Source: Lama glama (lineage: Eukaryota). From it: a stretch of 64,000 nucleotides of DNA. The DNA lies in NCBI GenBank assembly GCA_028534125.1, contig CM052817.1:31746001-31810000 (forward strand), read 5' to 3'. A program made the position numbers and the translations under genes. Below, in pieces: positions 11,600-22,780 of this stretch (position 1 is its first letter; each line of letters starts with the position of its first letter). The notes below the pieces were generated by a model that saw only the letters and a list, made by a program, of their open reading frames with translations, had not been told where the DNA came from and searched no databases.

Positions 11600-12900
11600 G
11601 GAGGTCGAGGAGGGGCTCCCTCGGTGGGGACGCGGGGACACGAGTGGTGGCGGGAAGGGTGCGGGGTCCGCGCTGCGAGGCTAGCGGGGGTGGAGCCCGC
11701 GCCCGGCTGCCCCCGGAAGGCCGCCTATTTAGGGCGCAGGGGCGGCGGACGGGAGCGGCAGGGGTGCGCCGATGGCTGCTCTGGGGGACGAGGTGCTGGA
11801 CGGTTACGTGTACCCGGCGTGTGCCCTTTACTCGTACCCGTGCCCCTACCCGGCCGCCGCCAAGGGCAAGGGCGCGGTGGGCGGGGGAGGCTGGCGGCAC
11901 CGGGACCGGGGCTACCCTCCTGTTTCCTCCTCCTCTGACGGCGCGTCTTCGTCGTCTTTCCCGGGCTACGGGCAGCTGGCGGCCGCCGAGTACTTCCACA
12001 GCTACCAGCCGGCGCAGCTCATGGCCCTCCTGTCGCAAGTGAGCCCGGGTCTCGCCCCACGGCCCGGCCGGGCTGGCGTTCAGGACGCGGCGGTGCAGGT
12101 GACCCAGCGCCGCGACGTCTCGGTGCAGTGCTCGCTGGGGCGGCGCACGCTGCTGCGCAGGGCCCGCGAGCCCGGCCCCCCGCCTGGCCCCGGCCCCGGC
12201 CCCGAGGGCGCTGCGGGCGCGGGCGGCAGCGGCCAGCCCTCCCCGCAGCCGGCCCTCCGGGGCCCGGAGCAGGGCAGCCCGCTGAGCGGCGCCCCGCGGC
12301 CCGTGCGCTTCCCGCGCACCATCGCCGTGTACTCGCCCGTAGCCTCCCGCCGCCTCGCCACCCTCCTGGAAGGGGCCGAGGCCGCGGCGGGTGAGCAGAG
12401 GCCTGGGGAGCCGGAGGGAGAGCGAGGGCCGCCACCTGCCAGGCCCCGAGGCTCGGAGGAGGGAGAGGGGTCAGCGAGGAAGAAGCCCCAAGGGCCGCAG
12501 TCCGAGGAGGAGGACGAGGCCCAGGCCGCAGTGTCGGTGAGCCAGGAGCAGCCCCCGCCGGTGCCCAGGGCCCCGGACGCCGCAGACGAGAGATCGTCGT
12601 CGCAGAGCCCCCAGCCGGGCAAGGAGCGCCTGCGTTTCCAGGTGAGTTCCGAGTCGGCCGGGGAACGGGCCTGGGGAGCCCTGGGGCTGTGCGTTCTCCA
12701 GGCTCCCGTCTCCGCTCTCGCCCTGCGGCTGCTCGCGACTGGCGGAGGCGCCGCGCCCCCTTAGGCAGGCACCCGTCTATGTGCCTTTCCGCACCTGCCG
12801 GTATCTTTCTCCGTCGGAATTAAATCGAGTGTAGCTTGATTGTTGCTGCGATGGTAAGGCACCGGCCCCGCGTGGGTGGCCAAGGAGACGCCCTTTTGAC
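11600..12900. promoter_or_regulatory. CpG island over the ZAR1 promoter and exon 1, with TATA-like TATTTA at 11726-11731
   Basis: Dense CpG. cctatttagg sits about 45 nt upstream of the ATG in an otherwise GC-only context. Confidence 0.85.
11772..12641 (+). CDS. ZAR1: ZAR1 (zygote arrest 1) coding exon 1
   Basis: gccgATGG start. MAALGDEVLDGY..., DAAVQV, DVSVQCSLGRRTL, RFPRTIAVYSP motifs; ends KERLRFQ|gtgagt. 870 nt, phase 0. Confidence 0.96.
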
Positions 12901-14103
12901 GTTCTTACTGTGAGTGGAGTGTATTTACTCTATAAAGCCCTGGCCGCTGGCGAGTAGTCTTGTGTGGATCCGGCATGTGGATGATCTAGGATGCGGCTCA
13001 GAAGATTAGAAGGTGAATTTACTGGCAAGGAGAGTCGAGTCCCAAGGATTACATTCACATTTTCAAATTCAATGTGTTAAAAGCTGAAACAGCCTCCTGC
13101 TGGGGTCCTGGTCAGAATCCTTCCTTGCTCTTTAAGAAGCACCCCTGTTCAGAAATCTGAGTATGGCTGAAGAACATTTGCGCTACGTTGCGCTGCTTCC
13201 CAAGAGCGGCAGGCTTGGAGAGCCCCTGGCACTTGCCTGAACCCTAAAGGGCTGGAGCACACAGAGGGGGTTGTAACCGAGGGAAGTGGAAAGGCATGAG
13301 AGGTAGCAAGAGGTCTGGAGGAGTCCTTCCGGGTCTCTTCCAGGGACCCCAGGGCTGTTTAGTGGGGGTGGGGGAAGCAAAGGAAGAGTGAGTCAAGAAG
13401 TTTATACACTAGCTGTGCCTGCTGCAAACCATGTGCGATCTTAAGTCTTAACTTTGCTCACCTGTGAAACTGCACTGTCTTCTCCAAAGTTCCTAACAAT
13501 TCTAAAGGCCTAACCCCTGCCCCCGCACCAAGACTTGATTATAACTTCTTACTGAGAGGGAAGAAAAACTTAAGGATAAGGCGATGCTACTTTTGTTCAC
13601 ATTAAGTATGAATTATTGGCTTAGTTTCCTAACACCACTGTTTGGTGGAAACTTAATTAGCAGTGTAGAGAACTTTCTTCAAGGTGCTCACCCAACATTA
13701 TTTTAGGATGCTGAGTTTTATTCTCTTTCGTCTGTTTAACCACTGCATTCGTGTATGTCCTACAGAGGCAAGCCCTCCCTAAAGAATCCAAGGTTCAGGA
13801 GCCCTGAATGTTTGGCTTTCCTCCGCCTGTCTGAGCGAAAACACCCACTTAGTAAACTATTGATGTGCTTTGTGAACCAAGTTAATCTGGCTCATAGACT
13901 TTCGTGGGCCCATGCTCTTCTGCTTGATTAAGTCATTAGCTTCCCTAATTATTACATCGGGGAGGCTGACTTGAACTTGATTCTGCTTTCCTCTGATCTG
14001 GAGTGGAGCTGCCAGTTTTAAGTATCAAAGAGGTCTCCCCAGGCTTCTGAAGTGAAGGGTGATTCAGACGTCATGTTGGTGAAACTGCTATCCTTTTGCT
14101 CAG

Positions 14104-14196
14104 TTCTTAGAGCAGAAATATGGCTACTATCACTGCAAGGACTGCAACATCCGATGGGAAAGTGCCTACGTGTGGTGTGTGCAGGGCACTAACAAG
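14104..14196 (+). CDS. ZAR1: ZAR1 coding exon 2
   Basis: ttttgctcag|FLEQKYGYYHCKDCNIRWESAYVWCVQGTNK|gtaaga; 93 nt. Confidence 0.97.
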
Positions 14197-14280
14197 GTAA
14201 GAAACACCACACAACTGGTGTCGTCGGGACGGAAAGGTTCCGGGGCTTTGGCTTGAAGTTCTTCGTCTCTCCCGTCACAG

Positions 14281-14355
14281 GTTTACTACAAGCAGTTCTG
14301 CAGAACATGTCAGAAGTCTTATAACCCTTACCGAGTGGAGGATATCGTGTGTCAA
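14281..14355 (+). CDS. ZAR1: ZAR1 coding exon 3
   Basis: cccgtcacag|VYYKQFCRTCQKSYNPYRVEDIVCQ|gtaaat; 75 nt, preceded by an 84-nt intron. Confidence 0.97.
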
Positions 14356-15574
14356 GTAAATCAAGTGTTTTTGCATTTTGTGTCTGAACTGGATAGTGGT
14401 CGGAAGGTTTGGGGGGGTAGGGTAGTTTCTTACAATGTATTTCCTAAAAGAGCCTAGGTTCCCCGTGACCTGAGGGTTTGACTGCTTTCTGGTAGAAGCT
14501 GTAGAAATAATGCTCAACTGGGAAATAGGGCTTTGGTGTTAGCGTCCTCCTGCCCTTGCAGACCTTGGACATGTTAACATCTCTAAGGACTGTTACCTCA
14601 CTTGCAATATGGAAAAACATTCGCTTTACCTGCAACTCAGTCTAGTGTAGGAGAAAGCAAACTGAAAAACAGAATACCTTTCTGCTAACATTTGATGGCA
14701 AAGTTGACATTTTACCCAAATGCATTTTGTGAAGCACACACTCGAGTTAGAGTATTTAGTAAAATCACAGGTTTTTTAAAGTTTCCATTTCTGCCTGAGA
14801 GTTCAGAAAGGGCTTTGTTTTAAAGTAAACTTAAGTTGCCCAACTTGATGGGGTTAACTGGCAACATGTTGCTTGTTACTGTTAACTAAGCACTGCATTT
14901 GTGATAAAGGGCTTAGAGAATTGAAGGGGGAAGAAAGGATTGAACTGGCCACACAGCTAGTGGAGCCTGACTTGCCAGATGAGACAGCCTAATCGATGCA
15001 CTTAAGGTGGACACTGGCTGCGTGACCACTGCAGGGAGTTGGGTGGAGAGAAACCAATTATGGCAAACTTAGACTAAGCTAGACCTGGGGTAAGTTCAAA
15101 GTGAGATGCCCTGAGCACTCTGCTCTTGGCCCAGCAGGTGCTGCTCTGCCTTGTGCCTCAGCTTTGAGGTCCTTTGCAGCAGGTCGAGGCCCAAGATCAG
15201 CCACTGATGTCAGTTCTGGTAGTTCTAGCCTCGCACTTTAGTGTCAAACTCCTCTCTCTCCTGCTTGCTCGTTCTCCACCCTTCAAGTGTAGGAAAAGAT
15301 TTCCTCTTAAACTGCTTCGAAAGAAACTTCACAGTTCAGAATTGAAGCCTAGGCAACGTGGGAGCAGAACTGCGTGGTTAAATGCTCTGTTCCTTCTGAC
15401 CCTGTCGTTGCTGGGGAGAGGTGTGGACAGAACAGGATGAGCACAGGACCTTGCTTGGAGTGCATTCAGTTAGTATTTGAATGCACTAGAAAGTGAACGT
15501 GTAAGTGCCAGGACATTGCCAAGGGTTTATCTTCTGTATGTACTTCTCACTTTGTTTTTTTTTTTTTTCTCCAG

Positions 15575-15718
15575 AATTGTAAACAGACTAGATGCTCCTG
15601 CCCGGTAAAACTGCGCCACGTGGACCCCAAAAGGCCCCATCGTCAAGACCTGTGTGGGAGATGCAAAGGCAAACGCCTATCCTGCGACAGCACTTTCAGT
15701 TTCAAATACATAATTTAA
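15575..15718 (+). CDS. ZAR1: ZAR1 coding exon 4 (terminal)
   Basis: T-tract ctccag|NCKQTRCSCPVKLRHVDPKRPHRQDLCGRCKGKRLSCDSTFSFKYII TAA. Exons 2-4 give the 12-Cys zinc-binding domain; total 393 aa. Confidence 0.97.
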   Translation, partial: NCKQTRCSCPVKLRHVDPKRPHRQDLCGRCKGKRLSCDSTFSFKYII

Positions 15719-15862
15719 ATGAATGCGAAAAAACCAAAACCCTGATCCTGCTGAACGTGTGCTCGTGGAGCAGACAAGTGAGCTTTTTTCCATGCCCCTT
15801 CTCCTTCCTGCCTCTCCCGCCTCAAATTACTTCATGAAAGGCTGTATTTGACAAAGCTGTCA

Positions 15863-15868
15863 AATAAA
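15863..15868 (+). terminator. ZAR1 polyadenylation signal (AATAAA)
   Basis: First AATAAA, about 145 nt after the stop. Confidence 0.75.
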
Positions 15869-16859
15869 AGCATTGCAAAGTAATTGATACATTGTGTAAT
15901 ATCCTTAAAATTTAGGAAAGCTTGTGTTAACAGTCTGGGCCTGTTGCTTTAATATTGTCCATTGCAGATGGAAGCGGCCAGGCTCTGAACTAGGTTGGTC
16001 ACTTGAGAGTTTGAGGGGTTCACAGATGTGAGGTTTACTGCTTAGGGTCTGTAGTGCTGATACTTATAAGAAATTGACTAAAAAGCCATTAATTCAAATA
16101 AGCATTCTTCTGGGGGAGGAGGCGGTGGAGCCAGGCCTTGCGGGGAGAGGGTAACCCAGAGTCAGAACCTGGAGTGTCTGGGAGCATCGGTGCTTACAGG
16201 TGACCTCAGTTTAGTGGCAACAAACTACTGTGGGAGAAAAGCTGTGAGAGCTGGTAACTTGCTAATCACAATGTCACAGATGTGGAGCAGGTGCCAGTTG
16301 GAACAGGGTGGCTAAAGGCAGCTTGAAGATGTTAACTGACAAATGGCCAGCTGAAGTCCATTTGAAGTTAACTTAAAAAAATTCTCCTAAATGTATTTTA
16401 AGTTAGAGACAGCTTTAGTCTTACTTGTTATGGACTTGCAGCTCTGTAGGTGGAAATGGTATCTGGCGCCATCTAACAGGGGGATTCTCATCCTACTGCA
16501 CCTTATAGCTTCCTACTGGATTACCAGGAAAACACTGCAGCCCTGCACCAGAGCGCTCCTGGTGTGTGGGGCTGGGGGAGTGACACGAAGGATTCTAATG
16601 AAATCAAGAGTTGAGGGCTGTTGGTTTCCTGGTTACAGAAACCACATAATTGGAACCAGGAGCTAATTATTCTGCCTTCCAATTTTCTAACCATCCCACT
16701 TAAGTTGACTCTTATTCCCTTAGGCCATATGTAGTAAGTCTGTTAACATCTTGGATGCTTGTATGTAGACAAATACACAGAATTAAAGAAACTAAAATGA
16801 GTTAAAAGTCTTCAGAACCCTTATAGCAAGGGGAAGGGCCTGTGTAACCATATGGACCT

Positions 16860-16980
16860 AGAAAGATGTCTATAAAAATGCAGATCTTAGGCCCCTATCC
16901 CTACTGAATCACTATCTGGATGAGGTGAAGCATTTAATAAGCATCCAGGAGTTGCTTATGGAATTGAGTGTGAAAACCAC
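16860..16980. mobile_element. hAT-Charlie MITE remnant (MER5A-like)
   Basis: aaaaatgcagatcttaggccc...cctactgaatca...gcatttaataagcatccagg...gtgtgaaaaccac resembles MER5A. Confidence 0.55.
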
Positions 16981-17445
16981 AATTGAGTCAGCCTTGCACT
17001 TACCACAGAGAAACGTGGATTTGGCCTCTGCCAGGATAAAATTCCATGTAGTGGGAATGTAATTCTTGCATAAGAGTTCTGCCATGTGGTATGGAAGAGC
17101 TACTTAGTAACTGCCTGGTAGGGGAAAAAAAAATCTGACTTGGGAGGTCAGGAAAGTCTTGCCTAAAAACTGACATCTCAGCTGAGCTGAAGTTCAAATG
17201 AGTTGAATTAGATGAAGAGGGGAGGGAGAAAGAACTTCCCCAGACTAAGCCAACATTTGCAAAGGCCCAGTGGTAGAAAACCCTGGAAGACAGGGATGGG
17301 CATGATGGCAGGCACAGCTGGTAGACCCAGGTCGGGAGGACTTTAGGGCCTTGTTCTGGAGGACTGGTCTTCATGTATCACCAGTGAGGATCCACTGAAA
17401 GGTTTTAAAGCTGTGGTGGGGCATGGGGACAAACAGATTCACCTT

Positions 17446-17556
17446 GATAATCTATTGCTTTATTAAAAAAAAATTTTAATGGAGGTAGTGGGGATTGAAC
17501 CCAGGACCTGGTGCATGCTCAGCACATGCTCTACCATTGAGCTATATCCTCATCCC
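17446..17556 (-). mobile_element. tRNA-Ala-derived SINE (Vic-1-like), antisense
   Basis: Reverse complement reads ggatatagctcaatggtagagcatgtgctgagcatgcaccaggtcctgggttcaatcccc. Perfect 12-bp TSD cagattcacctt at 17434-17445 and 17557-17568. Confidence 0.85.
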
Positions 17557-19043
17557 CAGATTCACCTTTAAGTAATCACTGAGTACAGCAGATGCCTGTA
17601 AACCAGTCAGGAGTCTGGCAAAGATCAGATAAGGTGGTGGTGGGGCCAAATGGAAATGAAGGACAATAACTCCAGGTGTGGGTGAAGGTGGTGGGTTTTG
17701 CTCTAACACTTAACTACTGACGTGGTTGAGGGTGTGTATGGGGTAGGAAACTGAGCAGACAACGTGGCATGCAAGTGGTACATAATATATGCACCCTGAG
17801 CATTTGCTGAACAAATGAGAGACAATATAAACATACCTGCAATGAGTCCTAAGACAAATTCAGTGGTTATTAACACAGCTGTTAAAATAGCTACTAATCA
17901 CTCTTAAAACTTAATATTGTTTGCCATTGATTTTCCTAATAGAGCAGCTAACTCTGTTTTACAGTTGAGGAAAGCAAGGATCAAGGTGTGTTTTAGAGTT
18001 AATGACCATTCAGACATTGAACAAAGTGGTACAAAAACTCAAGGATTATGGTGAAGACAGTCTTTGCAATAAGGCACTGTCAAACTGCTTACTGGAAATT
18101 TATAAAAAGTGATTTTGAGCGAGAGAGGCTAGAAGGAAATACCCTGGAGTACTGACCTCTCTGCCTGTCAAGAGACGTGATTCTAGTTTTCTTCATGTTT
18201 CTTACACTTGCTTAACTGACAGTGGATTGATTACTTTGGAAATTTAAAAATAAGAATATGCCATAAAGTACAATCATAATGACACTGGTTTTTATTTCCT
18301 TTCGTGCAGGTAATCTGGTGTCTGAGCAGCTCTCACAGACCTAAAGGCGGGAGGCTCACTCCGGCTTTGGTGAGTCTGTTCCAAGCGAACCTGTGACGGT
18401 TTCCTAAATTTAAGGTAGACTCGGGGAACGGGGCGGGGGGGGGTACCACATCCTCCATCTTACATCACTAAAAGTAGAAAGCATGTTATAAATTGAGTAA
18501 AAATCTTTGGCTTTGTACTTTAGAAGCAGCATGGAGAAACTGCCAGATCTCTTGCTGTTATTTCGCAAACTTACTATTTAAAAATAATAAATTTAGTGGG
18601 GAAAAGAAAAAGGTTGTATGAGCAAAAACTGGGCTCAGCTTGAACTGAGGTGTTCCATAACTTAAGAATTTGATATATTTTGTTAATAAATGCAGAATCT
18701 GGGTCTAGAGGACGAGGAGCAAAATGGTGTACGTTTTAAGAAAATCCGCTTGCAAAAGGACAATCCTAATGACTTTACATCTGCATCTTGCTTTCTGCCA
18801 CTGTATTCATTTCTATTACATTATTAATAGGCTTAGTTACATATAAATAGGAAAAGGAAATTTCAACTGTTTGGAAGGTTTGTTTTGGGTAATTAGTCAA
18901 TTGAACTTAATCTGTTCTCCCTTCTTGAAGGAAAATTATTTTTATGAATAATGAAAGCAATGTTTGAGGAGTTCCTTAATTATGCACACTACAGTCATTC
19001 ATCCTTTCTTAAAATACAACACAAACCAACAGCTACAATGCTT

Positions 19044-19049
19044 TTTATT
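19044..19049 (-). terminator. Probable distal FRYL polyadenylation signal (AATAAA on - strand)
   Basis: tttatt on +. On the - strand it is followed by GU-rich tgttggtttgtgttgtatttt, giving a 3'UTR of about 1.9 kb. A proximal AATAAA lies at 19966-19971. Confidence 0.6.
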
Positions 19050-19216
19050 TTAACAAAAAGGATATGAGGAGGGTGAGAAAAATAGGGGATGGTCAGATGG
19101 GATGTAAAGTGTGGCGTGTCTCTGGACACCACCCCTCTCTTCCTGCCCCGCACCCAAAAGTTATTAAATAATTTAAAGGACACCATTTACAGTACCAGAA
19201 CACCATCAAAATAATT

Positions 19217-19235
19217 GTGTGTGTGTGTGTGTGTG
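19217..19235. repeat. (TG)n microsatellite in the FRYL 3'UTR
   Basis: tgtgtgtgtgtgtgtgtgt read directly. Confidence 0.9.
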
Positions 19236-20892
19236 TTTTTTATCAGGGTCAAAAAAATACAGTGATTATGAATGTGCTGTGACCAGTTACAGAGTTTTAT
19301 AGGTAACATAACTCTAGTCAGCAGTCCCACGGCGTGCCAGTGCCCTCAGGTAATGCACTTGAGCATAATTCCATTTCTGGCAGGGTCCACACCCCCAAGA
19401 AAAGGCAAAGCTAAGCATTTCACGTCTACATTCTAAACTCTGGAATCCCAAAGCCCAGTTTAAAAGAAGAGTCACAGTGGATCAGAGATGCATATAAAAA
19501 ATACAAGTTGTTCCTTTCAAATCGGAGGAATTGTGGGACTACATTCATTTCTTTTACAAAATGCTATTTTAAAAAAGGACAGAGAATCCAGTTCATGTTA
19601 TGCTACAGACCTGGACAGTGACTCAGGATATTGCATGTTTTGGCAGTCTGTCTTCAGGCTTCTTTTTGTCTTCCCCCAGAGCCCCAAGTTCCTTTAGGGT
19701 GAAACACGTGAGTCCTGAATAAACTTATAAAAATGCATTTGCATCTCTCTTCTTGAATTCTGCAGACTTCAGGGCCTGCAAGTCATATATTCTACCATCA
19801 ATGACCACAATGTTTTCTTTAGCTTTGTACCCCTATTCTTGTATAACAGTGCATTGCACAAATGTACAAGAAAATACTGGTTTTAATCTATACAGTTTCT
19901 ATAATAATTATGGAGTAAAATAAGTTAACTTTTCTAATGAGAAGAGCTGGCGGGCAGCATACATCTTTATTTTACATTTTAAAGTCTCTGCAGGCATCTA
20001 CTTTGGTTAGTTATCAACAATCGTAACATAAGCACTGATCAGAGAACTGAGCAGCATTCCAATAACGTTAACAGATATATTATTTCTTTTCGAAAGACTG
20101 GGAAAGCCCAGTTTTAAAATATTATTAAAATGTTCTAACATTTACACACTATGAAGAGTTAGATCTAATAAAATAAAATTTTTTCAAAAATAATCTTGCA
20201 GTGCTCTTTTAGGCATGCTCTGAGACGTTATCACCAAACATCCATACCTTGAAAATATGACTGTCACATATTCACACACCTCAGCTCACACACATACACA
20301 CACACACACATACAAATTCCTTATACAGACCAAAAAACAAAACACCCATGCCCTTATCCCACATGTTGAAAAATCAATGGTTTTTGCAAAGAAGTCTTTC
20401 CGTGTCTATCTATCCGACTGGGTGTTCTTCATGTAGATGATTTAAGCATCAACTGTGGATTATGCTTGTGACTGCCAGACATCCAAGCGGCTTTGCAGGT
20501 CTTCAGCTAAAATGAACCAGCCTCGATTTCAGCCTCATTTCACCTGCTTTCCAATGTCTCAGTATTAGAGGCCATTATTGCAAACATTCTTAGAATTCTT
20601 TTCTTTTTCCAGAAAGTAATGTATTTGTACGCATCACTTTTAGCCCTTTTCTTTTCACGTAGGTAAAATAATTAAAAAATTTTCTTCATACAGTTATTGT
20701 GGGAGGTATTGGCAGCTGTTAAACAATTAGTTTTTTTTCCCCCTTCAGATCTCTGTTTTTGACATTAGTTACACTGTGGTTGTGGATGCTGCCAAAAAAA
20801 GTCATCAGTGAATTGCAAGGGTCCATAAAAGGTGCTTGTTAGTATTCTTAATCTTCTTCAGTTTAGTCTCTCTCCTAAATGCCTGAAGTTTC

Positions 20893-21151
20893 TCAGAATC
20901 CAGTGCTCACCAAATTTCCAATTGGTTTGGCCTGTGCTAGGAGCTGGTATGATTGCACCATGCGTAGAGACTCTCTTATTTCCAGATTAAGTTCCATCAG
21001 TTTGTAGTTGGCTTCTGACATGTCCAGGTCAGAGCCGATGACTGCAAAGCTTCCCGTCTGGCCCAGCGTCTGGTGATGGAAATAGATGTGTAACAGCGTC
21101 TGGACAGGGTCATCTTCACAACTGCCAAAGATGTCATTGGGCCACAGAGAT
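20893..21151 (-). CDS. FRYL: FRYL terminal coding exon
   Basis: tattttcag|A SLWPNDIFGSCEDDPVQTLLHIYFHHQ...AQAKPIGNLVSTGF TGA; 259 nt, phase matches. Confidence 0.95.
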
Positions 21152-21477
21152 CTGAAAATACACAGTATTTTTAAGTCCTGAGACTCAAAGCAATTATTGG
21201 TTAAGATGAACTACTTTGAAGTTAATACCTATAAAAATAACAACAAAATTTCCTTATGAATCACTGAGGATCCGTTTTAATATTTGAGCAGATATTACTG
21301 AAAGTATCACAGAGAATGAACAAAATCTAAAACTGGCATCAAACTGTACAAAATAAAGTCAGGTTTTCCTTTCACGAAGATATAATATTGAAACATCAAA
21401 TTGAAAACCAAACCCAAATCATCGTAAACTCCCAGCTGGGGATACAAGCATCTCCTCTAAATCCCTTCACATTTTAC

Positions 21478-21668
21478 CTGAAAGCTTTGACTTGTGCTAC
21501 AGCTGATATAAATTCCTTGTTTTTCAAAGTTTCAATTAAAGAATGAATGGCAGTTTCTATAGTAGTTTGCGCAGCTTTGGAAATGTCAATTTCTTCGTTT
21601 TCTGAGGCAGACTCAGCTTCTTTGAGGATACTTTCCAGTTGGGCAAGTTCCTCTGACATGTTGAAGAC
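21478..21668 (-). CDS. FRYL: FRYL coding exon
   Basis: ttttag|VFNMSEELAQLESILKE...AQVKAF AG|gtaaaa; 191 nt. Confidence 0.95.
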
Positions 21669-22633
21669 CTAAAACAAATAAATATGCCTTAAAAGGATGA
21701 ATGTGGACACTCTAACAAAAAGAGCATTTAATTGGCCATGAAGATACATCTGATGGTATTTTCTCTTAAAGATTATCTTCAATTGTTAAGCTCAGTTGTT
21801 ACAGGCAGTTAATATTTCAAGTTCTCTATTCAGTTGGGATAAAGAATTTTAGCCACCCGATAGCAGTCTTTAAATACTGTTGATAAAACAGGTTGTCTTA
21901 AATGTGATAAATGTTACATTGTAATATGTAAAACAAGTTTGCAACCAATGTTTATATTGGTTTTAACATGTGATATGTATTTCACCTTGGATAGTAAAAA
22001 TACATTTTTTTTTGTAACAGTAGGCTTGGAAATGTGGGAGCATGATGAAAAAAATTTTTGACAGTAATGAGGGTCTTTATATTTGAAAAGGTTATTTACC
22101 CAGGGTATTTGTATAAACCATTCTGTGTTTGTATTTTTTTTAAAATAAATTTAACCATTTTAGAAAGTGAAATGATTTCCTCAGTGATAATTTTGCTACC
22201 AGCAGTTGACAAGGGGGAGGAAGACTAAAGTCCCTATCTTCAAATCTATTCATTGCATGATTTCTACATTCACAGTGTTCTTATTTATTCTTGTGTGCAT
22301 TACTAGAGCCAGAGAAATACTATGTGGACAAGATGTCATGGGGTTTCATGATACAATTTTGTCTTTATTGAATTGATATGTGCTTGATTTTTGATTACAG
22401 ATGATCCACTGCTGCTACTTAACCCTTAAGGTCTTGAGCCTTTTACTGCTGAATATCTGCTGTCAGATTTACTAATAGGTCCTGAAATAGCACATCATTT
22501 AAAAAACTGATAATGCTTAGCTGGAAGAAAATAAAAAAGATTCACCAATAAGCCACTTTTAACTTAAGTGCTCCTATAAGGAATATATATGTATATATTA
22601 CAAGTTTTTAGAATCAGTTACAGATACCTACTA

Positions 22634-22780
<147 letters not shown>

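Noticed and set aside
11571..12622. Antisense and alternate-frame ORFs over ZAR1 exon 1
   Set aside because: GC-rich shadow ORFs with low-complexity Arg/Gly/Pro content.
15592..15837. 81-aa ORF over ZAR1 exon 4
   Set aside because: Wrong frame. The spliced frame from 15575 encodes the conserved Cys domain.
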